Below are positions 51,277-52,111 of a DNA stretch of 52,111 bases, one piece after another. A program made the position numbers and the translations under genes. The stretch covers positions 62,769,178-62,821,288 of the forward strand of contig NC_068989.1 in the NCBI RefSeq assembly GCF_001194135.2. Direction: 5' to 3'. Origin of the DNA: Octopus bimaculoides (Eukaryota). How positions within the stretch are numbered: the first letter of the stretch is position 1; every line of letters begins with the position of its first letter. The notes beneath the pieces are model-generated. The model made no database searches and was not told the DNA's origin. It saw nothing but the letters and a program-made list of their open reading frames with translations.

Positions 51277-51304
51277 AATAATAATAATAATAATAATAAT
51301 AATC

Positions 51305-51505
51305 CCTTCTACTACAGGGACAAGGTCTGGAATTTTGGGGAAGAGTTAAATCGGATATCCTCCCTAGCACTCAACTGGTACTTATTTTATCGACCCCGAA
51401 GGGATGAAAGGCAAATTCGAACCCGACGGAATTTGAACTCAGAACGTAAAGACGGACGAAATGCCACAAAGAATTTTGCCCAACATGCTTACGATTCCGC
51501 CTTCA
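51305..51505 (-). mobile_element. tRNA-derived SINE (family A); further partial copy at ~51560-51655
   Basis: GGTACTTATTTTATCGACCCCGAAGGGATGAAAGGC...GGAATTTGAACTCAGAACGTAAAGACGGACGAAATGCC; homologous to 33530-33712. Confidence 0.9.
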
Positions 51506-51723
51506 ATAATGATAATAACAATAGTAATCATTTTTGATTTAGGTGCATTCCAGTAATTTGAATAGGAAGATGTTAGCAGAGACTACCGACCCCGATACTT
51601 GATTGATACTTTATTTTATCAACACCGAAACGATGAAAGACAAAATTACCTCGGTTAATGACAACGGCAAACTTGAGTGTGATGATAACGATAAAGGGGA
51701 GGAAAAGGATATTTGGTGCAGTT

Positions 51724-51778
51724 ATCTATATATATATAAATGATAATGTGTGTCTGTCTGTCTCTCTGTCTGTCTCTC

Positions 51779-51819
<41 letters not shown>

Positions 51820-52090
51820 CCCTAAAACTCGAGAACTACGCAACCAATTTCATTCAAATTTTACAGATGCCTTACTTAGGGTTCCAGTTGTGTTTTAGTC
51901 AAAGAAAAATGTTTAACTTTCTTGCAGAGTTCGAGCCCACGGCAACATAATATCTCCTCCACTATTTAAGTATTACGCGTCAAAAGTGAAACAAAAAGAC
52001 TAATGTCAAATACTTTCACTTTAAAAATGAAACTATTCCACTAACTGAAACAATCATATTTCGATACTGTAATGACAGATACTTTCAGAG
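51724..52090 (+). mobile_element. Probable non-autonomous Helitron / DINE-1-like element
   Basis: Starts TCTATATATATATAAA, then (TGTC)n/(TG)n, then CTAAAACTCGAGAACTACGCAACCAATTTCATTCAAATTTT, the layout known for DINE-1/Helitron-type repeats. 3' end not confirmed. Confidence 0.5.
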
Positions 52091-52111
52091 AGAGAGAAAG
52101 AGAGAGAGAGA

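Overview
AT-rich eukaryotic genomic DNA with many N gaps that nearly all abut microsatellites. The repeat landscape resembles an octopod cephalopod genome (inference from recalled repeat families, not a database hit). It contains tRNA-derived SINEs, R4/Dong-like and L1/Tx1-like LINEs, several Penelope-like (PLE) remnants, mariner, maT and Tc1-like transposon relics, a MITE and a probable non-autonomous Helitron. No host protein-coding gene could be recognised with confidence, all transposon ORFs are disrupted, and the long ORFs containing X are gap artefacts. The most notable signal is a set of type-I hammerhead ribozyme (HHR)-like motifs read directly from the sequence: 8642-8690, 28822-28868, 45192-45242, 45547-45593, plus degenerate ones near 41561 and 42117. 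Three share a non-canonical CCGAUGA core. Two lie on the same strand and would excise a 348-nt RNA, which is retrozyme-like. Also notable are a 264-bp near-perfect palindrome with tRNA-3'-end-like sequence at its centre, a pre-miRNA/MITE-like hairpin next to a 19-bp tandem array, and a repeated tail-to-tail R4 LINE/(AAT)n/SINE arrangement.
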